From NCBI GenBank assembly GCA_045837725.1, contig JBEWZL010000205.1, positions 51,631 to 71,630 on the forward strand: DNA of 20,000 nucleotides, written 5' to 3'. This stretch comes from Vermamoeba vermiformis. Taxonomy: Eukaryota. Positions 1 through 9,589 of the stretch are shown piece by piece (position 1 is the stretch's first letter; each line of letters opens with the position of its first letter). Below the pieces are notes generated by a model that was not told where the DNA came from, ran no database searches, and worked only from the letters and a program-made list of their open reading frames with translations. The position numbers and the translations under genes are program-made.

Positions 1-2095
1 AAGTCATGTGAGTGCCAGGAATAATCTTTGCACAGCACTTGGCTACAGCTCTGGTCATAGCAGAAGGATCTTGTGGGTTGCCATTTTGAAAGCCAAGCCA
101 AAGAGCCAAAGGATCTTCATCAGTTTGAACCAAAAATGGTCTAACTTTCTCGAGAAAGAATTTGAAGAATGGATTGCAGTCAGCAGGGAAAGGAATCTTC
201 TTGACAAACTTTCTGAGCTTCTTTTCCTTGAAGTCTGGGCTAATGATGTAGCATTTCTTCTTGTTGCTGAATTTGAAGTTGTCTCTGGTCATGTGAATGA
301 TCAGCTCTTGACGCTGGCCTCCAATTTTGAAGTGACAGAGCATTTGAATCCAAGACTGAATGTTGTAGCAGATGCGATGAGTGTCAGTGGCAGAAGCCAA
401 GCCAATGGTGTCGTCCCAAGCTTGAATAGATTTGTTCAACTTGATGAAAGTTGTTGCATGAACTTCCTTTAACTGCTGAGCAGTGATAGCTTTGCCATCA
501 GCAAGGAGTTGATCAAAACAGGGTCTATCTATTTGGCTGACTTGTTGCTGCTGTTTCATCAGTCTTCGAAAGTGACCAGCCTGTTGAGCAACAATCCAAA
601 GTTCTCCTCCGAAAGGACGCAGGCACTCGACTTCTGCCAGCAACCACTCGCATACTTTTTGAGTGTACTTGGCTTTGTTGTTGGCAGTGTTGGGAGAGCC
701 GGCACGGAAGCGACAGTACTAGTGGAAAGCGCGCATTCTCTTGGAGGACAAGAAGCAAAGCCACCCAGGACAAGAGCCTTCATATTCCATGCAAAAGGTC
801 CACAAGTTCTTCAAGTAAGTGGCAACACCAGTAACAACAGAGTAGAACTTGTTGTAGTTAATTTGGCGGTTTCTTGCCAAATTTACTGTTTCTCTCTTAT
901 GCTTTTGCTTGTAGTCATGCAGGACATTCCAAAAAAAGGAGAGAAGGAAGGGAAAATCAGCTTCAAATTGTTTGTGCTGCGCTTTGGTGAGCCATGCAAA
1001 TCCTTTGCCTTCAAGCTCTGCAGGCCAGTCAAAAGTTGTGTATTCTGTAGGCCATCTCCCTTCTTTGAGCTTGCGTGTAGCATTTTGGGGATAAGAAGCT
1101 TTTGCCCAGTTAGGTCTTTGATCCACATTATTTGTTTTAAGAGACGAGGCTTGGAATTGAAGGTCTTGAACAATCCCATAGTCATTCCCTTCATAGGTGT
1201 CTTCTAGGTCAATGCCAAGCTGAGACAAAGTAACCTCAGAGAAGTCAACAGGTTTGAAAGCAGGCTCCAGGTTGTTGCCATCTTTGTCTTTAAGGAAAAA
1301 CCCAATTTGATGCAGGTAAGACTCCTTTTGTTTCATTGTCATGCCGCTGTCTTCATCTTCTTGTTTGTCTTGGTCTTCCTCTTCTTGTTCACCATCACTG
1401 GCATTGTCGGTGAGGTCAACTACTGTATGCTTGGTTCTTTCAGCTTCACTGTCCAAGTCCAAGTTACTTTGCATGCCAACAGCATTATCGTCTTCTTCAT
1501 AGCTTTGTTCGTTAAAGTTGAGCGCTTGGCGAGTCAAGTACTCCTGGAATTCACTTTCATGCTCTCTGTCTATTGCTGGATCAAACAGATCAAAGCTAGT
1601 GAGGAACAAAGTAAGCAACTGAATGCAATACTAATTAGATTATCCTTTTACCTTTGATTACGGCTGCTTCCCTCCTCAATAATCTGGGTTTGATCGTTGT
1701 CGATCTCTTGTGCTTCGCCATTCAAAGCTTCTGTCAGCCTACATAAAGAATAAGGGCATTGTAAAGGGCTTTTCAAAGACGTACTGATTGCTGGACACAG
1801 CCACTGCAAGTTGAGCTCGATCCGACCTCAAAAAAGCTTTTGTAGGCTTGAAACTGCTGCGTTGTTTGACCTCCAAGCTAACCGTGCAGCTCTGCAAAAG
1901 TTCTTCTAACAGGGGATTATTCTTTGCAAGAGCATAAGCAATTGACGACTGCACGCTTTGACCATTAGGAACCACAATGTAAATCGTCGAATTGCGAGCG
2001 TTAAAGTAGACGTCGCACTCGTGGCCTTTTGTCTGCTCAAATGCCTGCTGTATTGAAGTTAAAAAAGGCACTGTAACCTGAGACGTGGCGTTCAT
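1..2095 (-). pseudogene. Intron-containing tyrosine recombinase (phage-integrase superfamily), truncated by the window edge, with one in-frame TAG at 719-721
   Basis: Exons 2095-1785, 1738-1652 and 1595-<1 (introns GTACGT..TAG and GTAAAA..TAG keep the frame). The frame continues open for 239 codons past the TAG: ...HFKIGGQRQELIIHMTRDN (box I Arg, codon 311-313)...DFKEKK...FFKFFLEKVRPFLV...LWLGFQNGNPQDPSAMTRAVAKCCAKIIPGTHMT. This is the typical YR motif order; the box II H-x-x-R and the catalytic Tyr would lie just outside the window. Confidence 0.8.
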
Positions 2096-2533
2096 GTTGG
2101 AAGTGGATTGAAAATAAAAAAACAAAAGAAACGAACAAAATTCGACGCATAAAGTTAATAAAAAGAATAAACGTGATAAAACGGCAAAAAGAAAATCAAC
2201 GAGCAAAACGCACCTTTCCACGAAGCCTAGAGGTATATCCCCTTGCTATATCACGTTTATACTTGCGTGCAAGTCTTACCGTATTAGGGTAAAATTAGGC
2301 CCCCGATGTGCACTAGGGAATCCCCCAGGAGTGATCTCATTCATCCCGTTGCCGGGAGGGCTTACCCATCTTATGCATTCTAAGTCACTTTATTGGCTCC
2401 CCAGCATCAGAGATGAAACTATTACGGGACGTACAGCCTCATCTAGCCATGTGAAAGCCCTTTAAAAGAGCTTTTGATCAAGGCCCATCTCCATGTTCAA
2501 AGTTGCGTATTCACTGAGTATAGAGGGACTGAA

Positions 2534-2549
2534 AGGGTTAGGGTTAGGG
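2534..2549 (+). repeat. Short interstitial telomere-like repeat (AGGGTTAGGGTTAGGG)
   Basis: About 2.7 copies of the TTAGGG hexamer, read directly. Confidence 0.6.
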
Positions 2550-2903
2550 CTTATGCTTCGCTTTTCAGGCCCCTGGATCTCTGACGAAATTTCACCGAAA
2601 TTTCCGGGAGTTGTTCCATGCAGCGAGGGCCGAAGGCCCGAGCGCATTGCACCAAGTCCCATTACATTTGGTGATAGTGATGCAGAGATACAGGGGCTCG
2701 AAGTAGCTGCGGCGCCAGCGTCGTAATGCCGCAATGCCGCAGGCAAATCACCGTTCCTGACACTTTTCGGTTAATTCTAGCTCTGAGTCACGGACACTCA
2801 CAGACCTCTCCTTTGCAGGGTAGTCTAGTCTATATTTTAGATGATTTATCATATAAAATTTATTAATATTGCTGAAAGTTCGAATTTTTCAAAAAATTAT
2901 ATA

Positions 2904-2935
2904 CCCTATAGGGGTAGGGGTGGGTAGGTGGGGGG
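2904..2935 (+). other. G-rich tract with G-quadruplex potential, overlapping a CCCTATAGGG palindrome
   Basis: GGGGTAGGGGTGGGTAGGTGGGGG has four runs of 3 or more G and lies just left of the tandem arrays. Confidence 0.5.
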
Positions 2936-2963
2936 TTGCGTATTCTATTTTCATTCACATCAG

Positions 2964-3179
2964 CATCAAACAGGATGCACGATTATCGTGCACGCATGCG
3001 CATCAGACAGAGCGTACGATTATCGTGCACACATGCGTGCCAGACAGGGCGTACGATTATCGTGCACGCATGCGCATCAGACAGAGCGTACGATTATCGT
3101 GCACGCATGCGTACCAGACAGGGCGTACGATTATCGTGCACACATGCACATCAGACAGGGCGTACGATTATCGTGCACA
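2964..3179. repeat. 37-bp tandem repeat (~6 copies) with a palindromic core
   Basis: Core ACGATTATCGT at 2979, 3016, 3053, 3090, 3127 and 3164 (exact 37-bp period). Unit GTACGATTATCGTGCACGCATGCGCATCAGACAGAGC. Confidence 0.97.
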
Positions 3180-3180
3180 G

Positions 3181-4135
3181 GAGTGGGCACCTAGAATTCC
3201 ATGAGTGGGCACCTGGGATTCCGGGCACCTAGAATTCCGGGCACTTAGAATTCTGGGCACCTGGGATTCCGGGCACCTAGGATTCTGTGACTGGGCACCT
3301 AGGATTCCGTGGGCACCTAGAATTCCGCGCACATGACTGGGCACCTAGGATTCCGTGGGCACCTAGGATTCCGGGCACCTAGAATTCTGTGAGTGGGCAC
3401 CTGGGATTCCAGGCACCTAGAATTCCGTGAGTGGGCACCTGGGATTCCGGGCACCTAGGATTCCACGCACATGAGTGGGCACCTAGGATTCCGTGGGCAC
3501 CTAAATTTCCGTGAGTGGGCACCTAGGATTCCGTGAGTGGGCACCTGGGATTCTGGGCACCTAGGATTCCGTGAGTGGGCACCTGGGATTCCGGGCACCT
3601 AGAATTCCGTGAGTGGGCACCTGGAATTCCATGAGTGGGCACCTGGGATTCCGGGCACCTAGAATTCCGTGAGTGGGCACCTAGGATTCCGTGAGTGGGC
3701 ACCTGGGATTCCGGGCACCTAGGATTCCGTGAGTGGGCACCTGGGATTCCGGGCACCTAGGATTCCGCGTACATGAGTGGGCACCTAGGATTCCGGGCAC
3801 CTAGAATTCCGTGACTGGGCACCTAGGATTCCGTGACTGGGCACCTAGGATTCCGTGAGTGGGCACCTGGGATTCTGGGCACCTAGAATTCCGTGAGTGG
3901 GCACCTGGGATTCTGGGCACCTAGAATTCCGTGAGTGGGCACCTGGGATTCCGGGCACCTAGAATTCCGTGAGTGGGCACCTGGGATTCCGGGCACCTAG
4001 AATTCCGCGCACCTAGAATTCCGGGCACCTAGAATTCCGTGACTGGGCACCTAGGATTCCGGGCACCTAGGATTCCGTGAGTGGGCACCTGGGATTCCGG
4101 GCACCTAGAATTCCAGGCACATGACTGCACACCTA
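3181..4135. repeat. GC-rich minisatellite of GGGCACCTRGRATTCC (16 bp) with or without GTGAGT (22 bp), roughly 50 units
   Basis: Read directly; 16- and 22-bp units often alternate into a 38-bp higher-order unit. Confidence 0.97.
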
Positions 4136-4226
4136 AATTCAAACAGCCCTGCTGACTAAACTTTATGTGCCCACTAAATTCCTACATTTGTGTCACTCCC
4201 TGAACTTGCTTTTAAAACTCCTTTGC

Positions 4227-4261
4227 AAAAAATGGCTACCAAACATTAGTATCTAATTTTT
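4227..4261. promoter_or_regulatory. 35-bp palindromic site, intergenic copy
   Basis: AAAAAATGGCTA-ccaaacattag-TATCTAATTTTT. Confidence 0.7.
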
Positions 4262-4413
4262 AACATGAAAAAGTAGTGTAACTGAAATACCACTTAGGAC
4301 ACTGCTTTCCCTACCATGCTATCCTTGGACAATGTATGAGTGTGTCTGATATGATCAGACACACTAAGAATTGAACTTGGATAGCTACAAAGTCATTACA
4401 TTGTCCTGAAACT

Positions 4414-5978
4414 TTATTTATTTTTAGAGCCTAAGCGTACAGATGGGAATGAATTGTTCTTCATTTGCTGAACAAAACCCATGTCCTTATTCATTACAGT
4501 TTGTCGTTTTGCGTGAATAGCTGCAGCTTGAGACATCACAAATAGATCTGTGAGGAAATATTCAGAGGACAATTGTAGAGCTTCAAGAGCAACTGCTTGC
4601 CAGCGAACACCTTCTAAGTCACTATCACGGGTTAGATCTTCAGTTACTTCACGGACAAGGCGCTGGAAACCTCGACGTGACATCAGAAGTGTGGTGCTGT
4701 TTTGATAAAATTTGATTTCAGCCATGCCTATTAAAAATTATTAATAATGAACTAGTATAAATTTACTGAACTTACGTCTACTTGCAAGGCTTTGATTCAC
4801 GTTCTTCTTAGCCTTGAACACCTTGGGCTGCAAATGTTTTAATTACACACGTGTTTATGAAATTAGTTTAAATGATGATATAACTTACTCTTTTCGTTGG
4901 ACGAGAGTTTGAATCTGCACCTGATGCCTTTCGTTTCTGTCCTCTCTGTAAGATAAGACTGTGAGATTACTTATCAATTTACTAACAATATTACCTTCGG
5001 TTCATTCTCATTCTTATCGTCAACTACTCGTTTTCTCTTCTTTGCCTTCTTGTTGGCGACGGTTTTGTTTGTTGCACCTCTCTGCAATAATGTTAGGTCA
5101 TACTATTAATTAAATTACTTACCTTTGTCATGTACTCCTCTTCATCGACCTTGCCGACACTCTTTCTTTTCTTGTTTGGCTGTTTGGCAGGGGCTTGTTG
5201 CTTGGCAGTGTCCGCTTGTTTGCCACTCTCCGATCCTGATTGTCGTAGTTTGGCATTGCCGTCTTTGTTGCCTTCATCAGCAGCAACATTGGTGTCTTCA
5301 GCCTCACTGTCGCGTTTCTCGCCACCCCCTTCTTCTTCTTCAGCCTCACCATCGTCATTGTTACCGCGTTCTTTTTCGTGCTCGCTGTGTTCGCCTTCTT
5401 CTGGCGCTGCACCTTCAACGTTTTGGTTGTTTTGGGCTAATTCCTAAATAAAAATTAGCTATTGTTTGCTCATAGCCAATAAAACTGTACTGCATTAGCG
5501 TCGGTGATCTCAACAACTTCCTCGATCTCACCAGCCAAACGTGCTGATCGTCTGGGTGAATTACCAACACCATCATCTTGGGTCGCACGAGCTTTGTGGC
5601 GAGCTTTAGCTCCAGGCCTATTTCGTCTTTTACCGGTCCTGATTGAAGTACATTATTAAACGTGTTTTAATTATTAATTTCATCGAAAAAAAGCATCTTG
5701 GAAATTTGCCCCGTAAATAAAGATTAATGATTAAAATTACTTACTTTTGGCCTGATTTATTTGAAGATTTTTTTTTCGATTTATTCTTATTAGTAGACTG
5801 GGAATTAGACCTAATTATGCCGTTAATAATATTTAATTTTGACGATAAATATTTTATTCATAATTGTACACTACGTACTTATTTCCAGAGGCCACCCGAC
5901 CAGATCTGTTAACTATTGTAAATATCTAATAAACAAACTTATTATATGAGCTTACATTTCGTGTGGGGAACGAGGCAT
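4414..5978 (-). CDS. Divergent histone H3 variant (CenH3-like) with a very long charged N-terminal tail, 364 aa, 9 exons
   Basis: Exons 5978-5956, 5905-5879, 5810-5745, 5638-5491, 5443-5123, 5081-4995, 4945-4889, 4827-4776 and 4727-4414, all GT-AG and frame-consistent (first two exons less certain). The C-terminus EIKFYQNSTTLLMSRRGFQRLVREV...VRWQAVALEALQLSSEYFLTDLF...AIHAKRQTVMNKDM aligns with the H3 histone fold. Confidence 0.9.
5450..5484. promoter_or_regulatory. 35-bp palindromic site in a histone-gene intron (5444-5490)
   Basis: AAAAATTAGCTA-ttgtttgctca-TAGCCAATAAAA. Confidence 0.75.
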
Positions 5979-6077
5979 GTGGTGTTTGATTTGGGTACGA
6001 TAGATTTTTGTTTCGATTTTAACGGTAACCAAAAAACCTTCGGCCACTAGCAAAAAGCAACAGATAGACCAACAGCA

Positions 6078-7042
6078 ATGTTAAATTTAAGGTACGTATT
6101 AAATCGCAAATAATTTTTTTTTGCCTCTTGGCGCAGATCAAATAATAATAATTCTTTATTTATTTTTAAAATAATTAAAATACTTCGTAGGCTAGTAGCA
6201 AAAGATTTCTTAGTTGCCGCTAGCAAGGAACAACTATTTGCATCGGTTCTTGGAGTGCACCAAGTAACCGGAATTGCTGTACCAACGATTAAAAAATATG
6301 CCTTGGAAAAAAATATTGGTAAGCCATTGAATATCAATTACTATTCCATTTCTGATATGACATTAGGACGAAAATTATTACCGGGAGAGATCCCGCCTGA
6401 AATTGCATCCAAGATGCATAAATTAAAGGTTGAAGGGTATTGGTTTGATGTCGCCGACATCAATTCCCTTCTACGGATAATCAGCACCAAGACCAGCAAC
6501 AAAGAACAACTCAAGACAATAAGGTAAGGATTAAAATTTTAACGACCAATTAAACTCACCAAAATTTTATAGGGAAGGACTCAAATCAACAACCTTGAAC
6601 AAAATTATAATGGTCGCTTGGGATGGCTCGAATTTTAAGGTACGTGATTTTTAAAATTAAAATAATTATTTAATTAACCAATTTTGAGTTGCTTTGGAGA
6701 GAATCAACTGACGAGGTTTCTGCCGATGAGAGTGATCCAACACTCTTATCGACTGCAGACGCTGAATTTTTAGCGAGTGAGGAACTGCTCGCCAAGGGTT
6801 GGAAAGCAATACCCAACCGAGCAGAACACATCGCAAAAATTTATAATATTGATATCTCACAAATTGAGACGCCAGTGAAAGAAGCGGAAACAATTCCTAT
6901 TTTGGACAACTTACACAATTTTTACACGAACGCTGCGGCAACAAGTGCATCGGACGAGGATCTATCTGGCGAGGAATTTGAAGACCTAGACTCATCAGAA
7001 GAGAGCCAATCAAAAGAAAGTAGCTCGGAGGATTTTGTTTAA
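6078..7042 (+). CDS. Hypothetical 255-aa protein, possible N-terminal helix-turn-helix, acidic C-terminal tail, 4 exons
   Basis: Exons 6078-6091, 6191-6523, 6573-6639 and 6689-7042 join in frame. The segment SVLGVHQVTGIAVPTIKKYA resembles a MerR/excisionase-type HTH (by eye only). Divergent from the histone gene across ~100 bp. Confidence 0.75.
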
Positions 7043-7055
7043 CGTTAATAAATAT

Positions 7056-8583
7056 TTATTTAAAAATATTATCAATTTTCTTTTCTAAAAAATACAACTT
7101 TCTTGCTCGGCCTCCAGCTCGACGTGCTCCTCTCTGTGCAGAAGAACGCCCCGATGTACCTTTGGGCTGGTGGTTTGACGGCTCGATCTCTGGCAATGGC
7201 AGGCTTAGGAGGCTGGCCTTCGTACGGTCTCGAAGTCTAATGCTCTGCGTTGTCATTAGACATTATTAGATATAATTATATTATTATTTATATCTCGATT
7301 AGACATTATTATTTTATTTTAAACTTACCTCTTTTTGCGGCGATCCTAGCGTGATCTTTTTATCCGCCTCACCCCACCACATGTACGGTCCAACACCAAG
7401 ACCATGAGCCCCAAAGCCTGTCGTCTGCGTTGATTCTTTGTGCCAACTTGCTGGCATCTCGGATAATTCCTCTTCTTTAAGATCGGGCACAAAAATCGTT
7501 GCCTGAGACTTCGTTATTTTCATTTCTCGTGCACCGGCCTTCGTCAGCCCTGCTGTCAATCGCGCTACCGGCACTCGATGCTCTGGGTCCAAATTAACAG
7601 AGCTCGCTCGGTAGACTTTGATGAAAATGGCCCTGAACGAGAGCCATTCCCGCTCATCAAACTCGGTTGGCGGCACGTATGGTCTATTGGCCATATAGCC
7701 AATCATGAAGTCGAAGTACGCTTGAACCAAGGCAACGAACTGCTGCAAGTAACCGCGCACTATCATTGCGTCATAGAAATTTGCCCAAGGCCGAATGCCT
7801 AATTATGTAGTTAATAAATTGGCTATTATCCGTTAGTAGCCAGTATTTACCTGTATATTTGTACCACCAAAAGCAAATTTCGTTTGAAGAATACGCACCG
7901 ACACCGTTGAACATCGATTGGTTCAATAAACAGTCGATGATCGTTGCCCTCTAGTAAAATATTAGTATTAGTCGTACTGATTTGTTATTGTACTAACCTT
8001 GAAATATTTTTGGTAGGCATCATCGTTTAACAGCGCCAGCAAGTGTTCGTGCAAGTCGCCGGCAAGTACATCCGGGCCCCTGGCTGGATCCATCGCTAAA
8101 CTTGCATCAGGATGCCATTTGAATGACACCTGATTTTGTTTGGTGTGGCAATCTAATATATAGATTGCCGCACCATTGTCGGCATTTAGCGCTATGTTTC
8201 GCCGATAGTCTAATGGGCTCGTGTCGCGATCTGATATCGCACCAACGTGAAATGCTGCGCCGGTGCCCATGCCAAAGGTCATCGCGTAATTATTAAAAAT
8301 TAACGCAATTTCCTTGCCTCGTGATACTACCTACGTAAATAATAATTAATTATAACCTAATTTTAAATCAAAACTTACATCCGTAACCGTCAGCGGTAGG
8401 CACGCGCGCATTGCCTCGATCTCCGCGCTGTACTTGTTGTGAGGCACGCGCTTCTCCACTTCTACAATCCTTAAGCCAATTGCTATAAATAAAGATTAAT
8501 ACAGATTAAATTTTATTTTATTTGGAATTACCTTTTTCTTTGAGGTGCCTTGCGAAGCCCTCGATCTCTGTTTTTTCGGGCAT
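7056..8583 (-). CDS. nei: Fpg/Nei-family DNA glycosylase/AP lyase (NEIL1-like, no zinc-finger cysteines), 415 aa, 6 coding exons
   Basis: Exons 8583-8532, 8482-8379, 8330-7998, 7950-7851, 7798-7329 and 7244-7056. N-terminus MPEKTE (catalytic Pro2/Glu3), SRGKE (conserved Lys), FGMGTG, RGPD, H2TH motif IIDCLLNQSMFNGVGAYSSNEICF, GIRPW, IKVYR, and a basic disordered tail. Probable 5'-UTR intron at 8585-8625. Confidence 0.9.
7814..7848. promoter_or_regulatory. 35-bp palindromic site in a nei intron (7799-7850)
   Basis: ATAAATTGGCTA-ttatccgttag-TAGCCAGTATTT. Confidence 0.75.
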
Positions 8584-8644
8584 ACTATTAAACGGTAATC
8601 GATTAATTAACAATTAATAAATTACTTATTCAATTCGTTTAACG

Positions 8645-9073
8645 AAGCCAATCCGGATCATTTTGGCGAGTGCAACAACAGCTGCTGCCAGACACCAGCT
8701 TGATTTACGTCATAACGCCGCGGTTCATCTGGAACCAGCCGCGCTTGATTTCATCAAGCTGTGTGCGGCATCAAGCTGCATTGAAGCCGGATTAACCGTT
8801 GCTTCGATTGAGTCAGATGCGGTTCAACGGGAACCAGCAAAACGACAAAACCATCGCCAAAGCTGAGGTCACTCTTAATAGATTTTTGGAATTGGCTTCG
8901 CAAATAACAAAGCCAATCCGGATCATTTTGGCGAGTGCAACAACAGCTGCTGCCAGACACCAGCTTGATTTACGTCATAACGCCGCGGTTCATCTGGAAC
9001 CAGCCGCGCTTGATTTCATCATGCTGTGTGCGGCATCAAGCTGCATCGAAGCCAGATTAACCGTTGCTTCGAT
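8645..9073. repeat. 164-bp direct repeat (8645-8808 and 8910-9073)
   Basis: Two copies 265 bp apart with about 3 substitutions, upstream of the nei gene. Confidence 0.95.
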
Positions 9074-9470
9074 CGGATCAAGTGTGCGGTTTAACGTAAA
9101 CCAGCGCCACAGTAATCCATGCATGCCCTTGATGACCTCGCAGCGTAGTGTCGTATTTGATTACGAGTAAATTCCTAGTCAAGCCAGCACATCTCGAAAG
9201 TAATTTAAAAATTATACTAAAAAAATTTAAAATATTATTAAACGATAATATTTGTTTTTGTTGCTTACGTTTTATTTTTCTTGATGCCAAGCTCAGACAA
9301 ACTTCATTGGACTGAGATCGGGGTCCCGAAACCTTATGACAGGGCCGATCGACTATTTAAAAAACAGAAGTAGTAGTTAGAGGCTTTATTCTCGATATTG
9401 TTAGTACTTACCTGCGCGTGGTGTGTTGATATTGCGGTTTAAACAGTTAAATGACGTGTTTCGAAATTTA

Positions 9471-9545
9471 CCAAAAAAAGTTAGCCAAAAAAATTTGGGC
9501 CAAAAAAAGTTAGCCAAAAAATTCGTCCCAAAAAAAATTGCGGAA
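9471..9545 (+). repeat. Five CCAAAAAA(A) A-tract units at ~14-15 bp period
   Basis: ccaaaaaaagttagccaaaaaaatttgggccaaaaaaagttagccaaaaaattcgtcccaaaaaaaattg. Confidence 0.8.
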
Positions 9546-9589
9546 ACCAATTTTGCGCGTTTGTCTTCTATCCGCACAGATGCGCAGCA

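Noticed and set aside
719-721. Alternative genetic code (TAG as a sense codon)
   Set aside because: Only one in-frame TAG among six spliced genes, and TAG terminates the genes ending at 14813 and 18721.
8-1657. Plus-strand ORFs 8-472, 509-1207 and 1307-1657
   Set aside because: Antisense shadows of the minus-strand recombinase frame.
2462-2746. Short overlapping ORFs on both strands
   Set aside because: No splice support or recognisable motif; the GLGLGL/PNPNP peptides are just the TTAGGG tract.
2869-3756. ORFs across the 37-bp and 16/22-bp repeats
   Set aside because: Periods are not multiples of 3 and the same peptides appear in all frames, so these are repeat artefacts.
2964-4135. CRISPR array interpretation
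   Set aside because: No unique spacers, no cas genes, and the context is eukaryotic.
5125-5451. ORFs 5125-5451, 5128-5418 and 5130-5447
   Set aside because: Wrong frames or antisense of histone exon 5443-5123.
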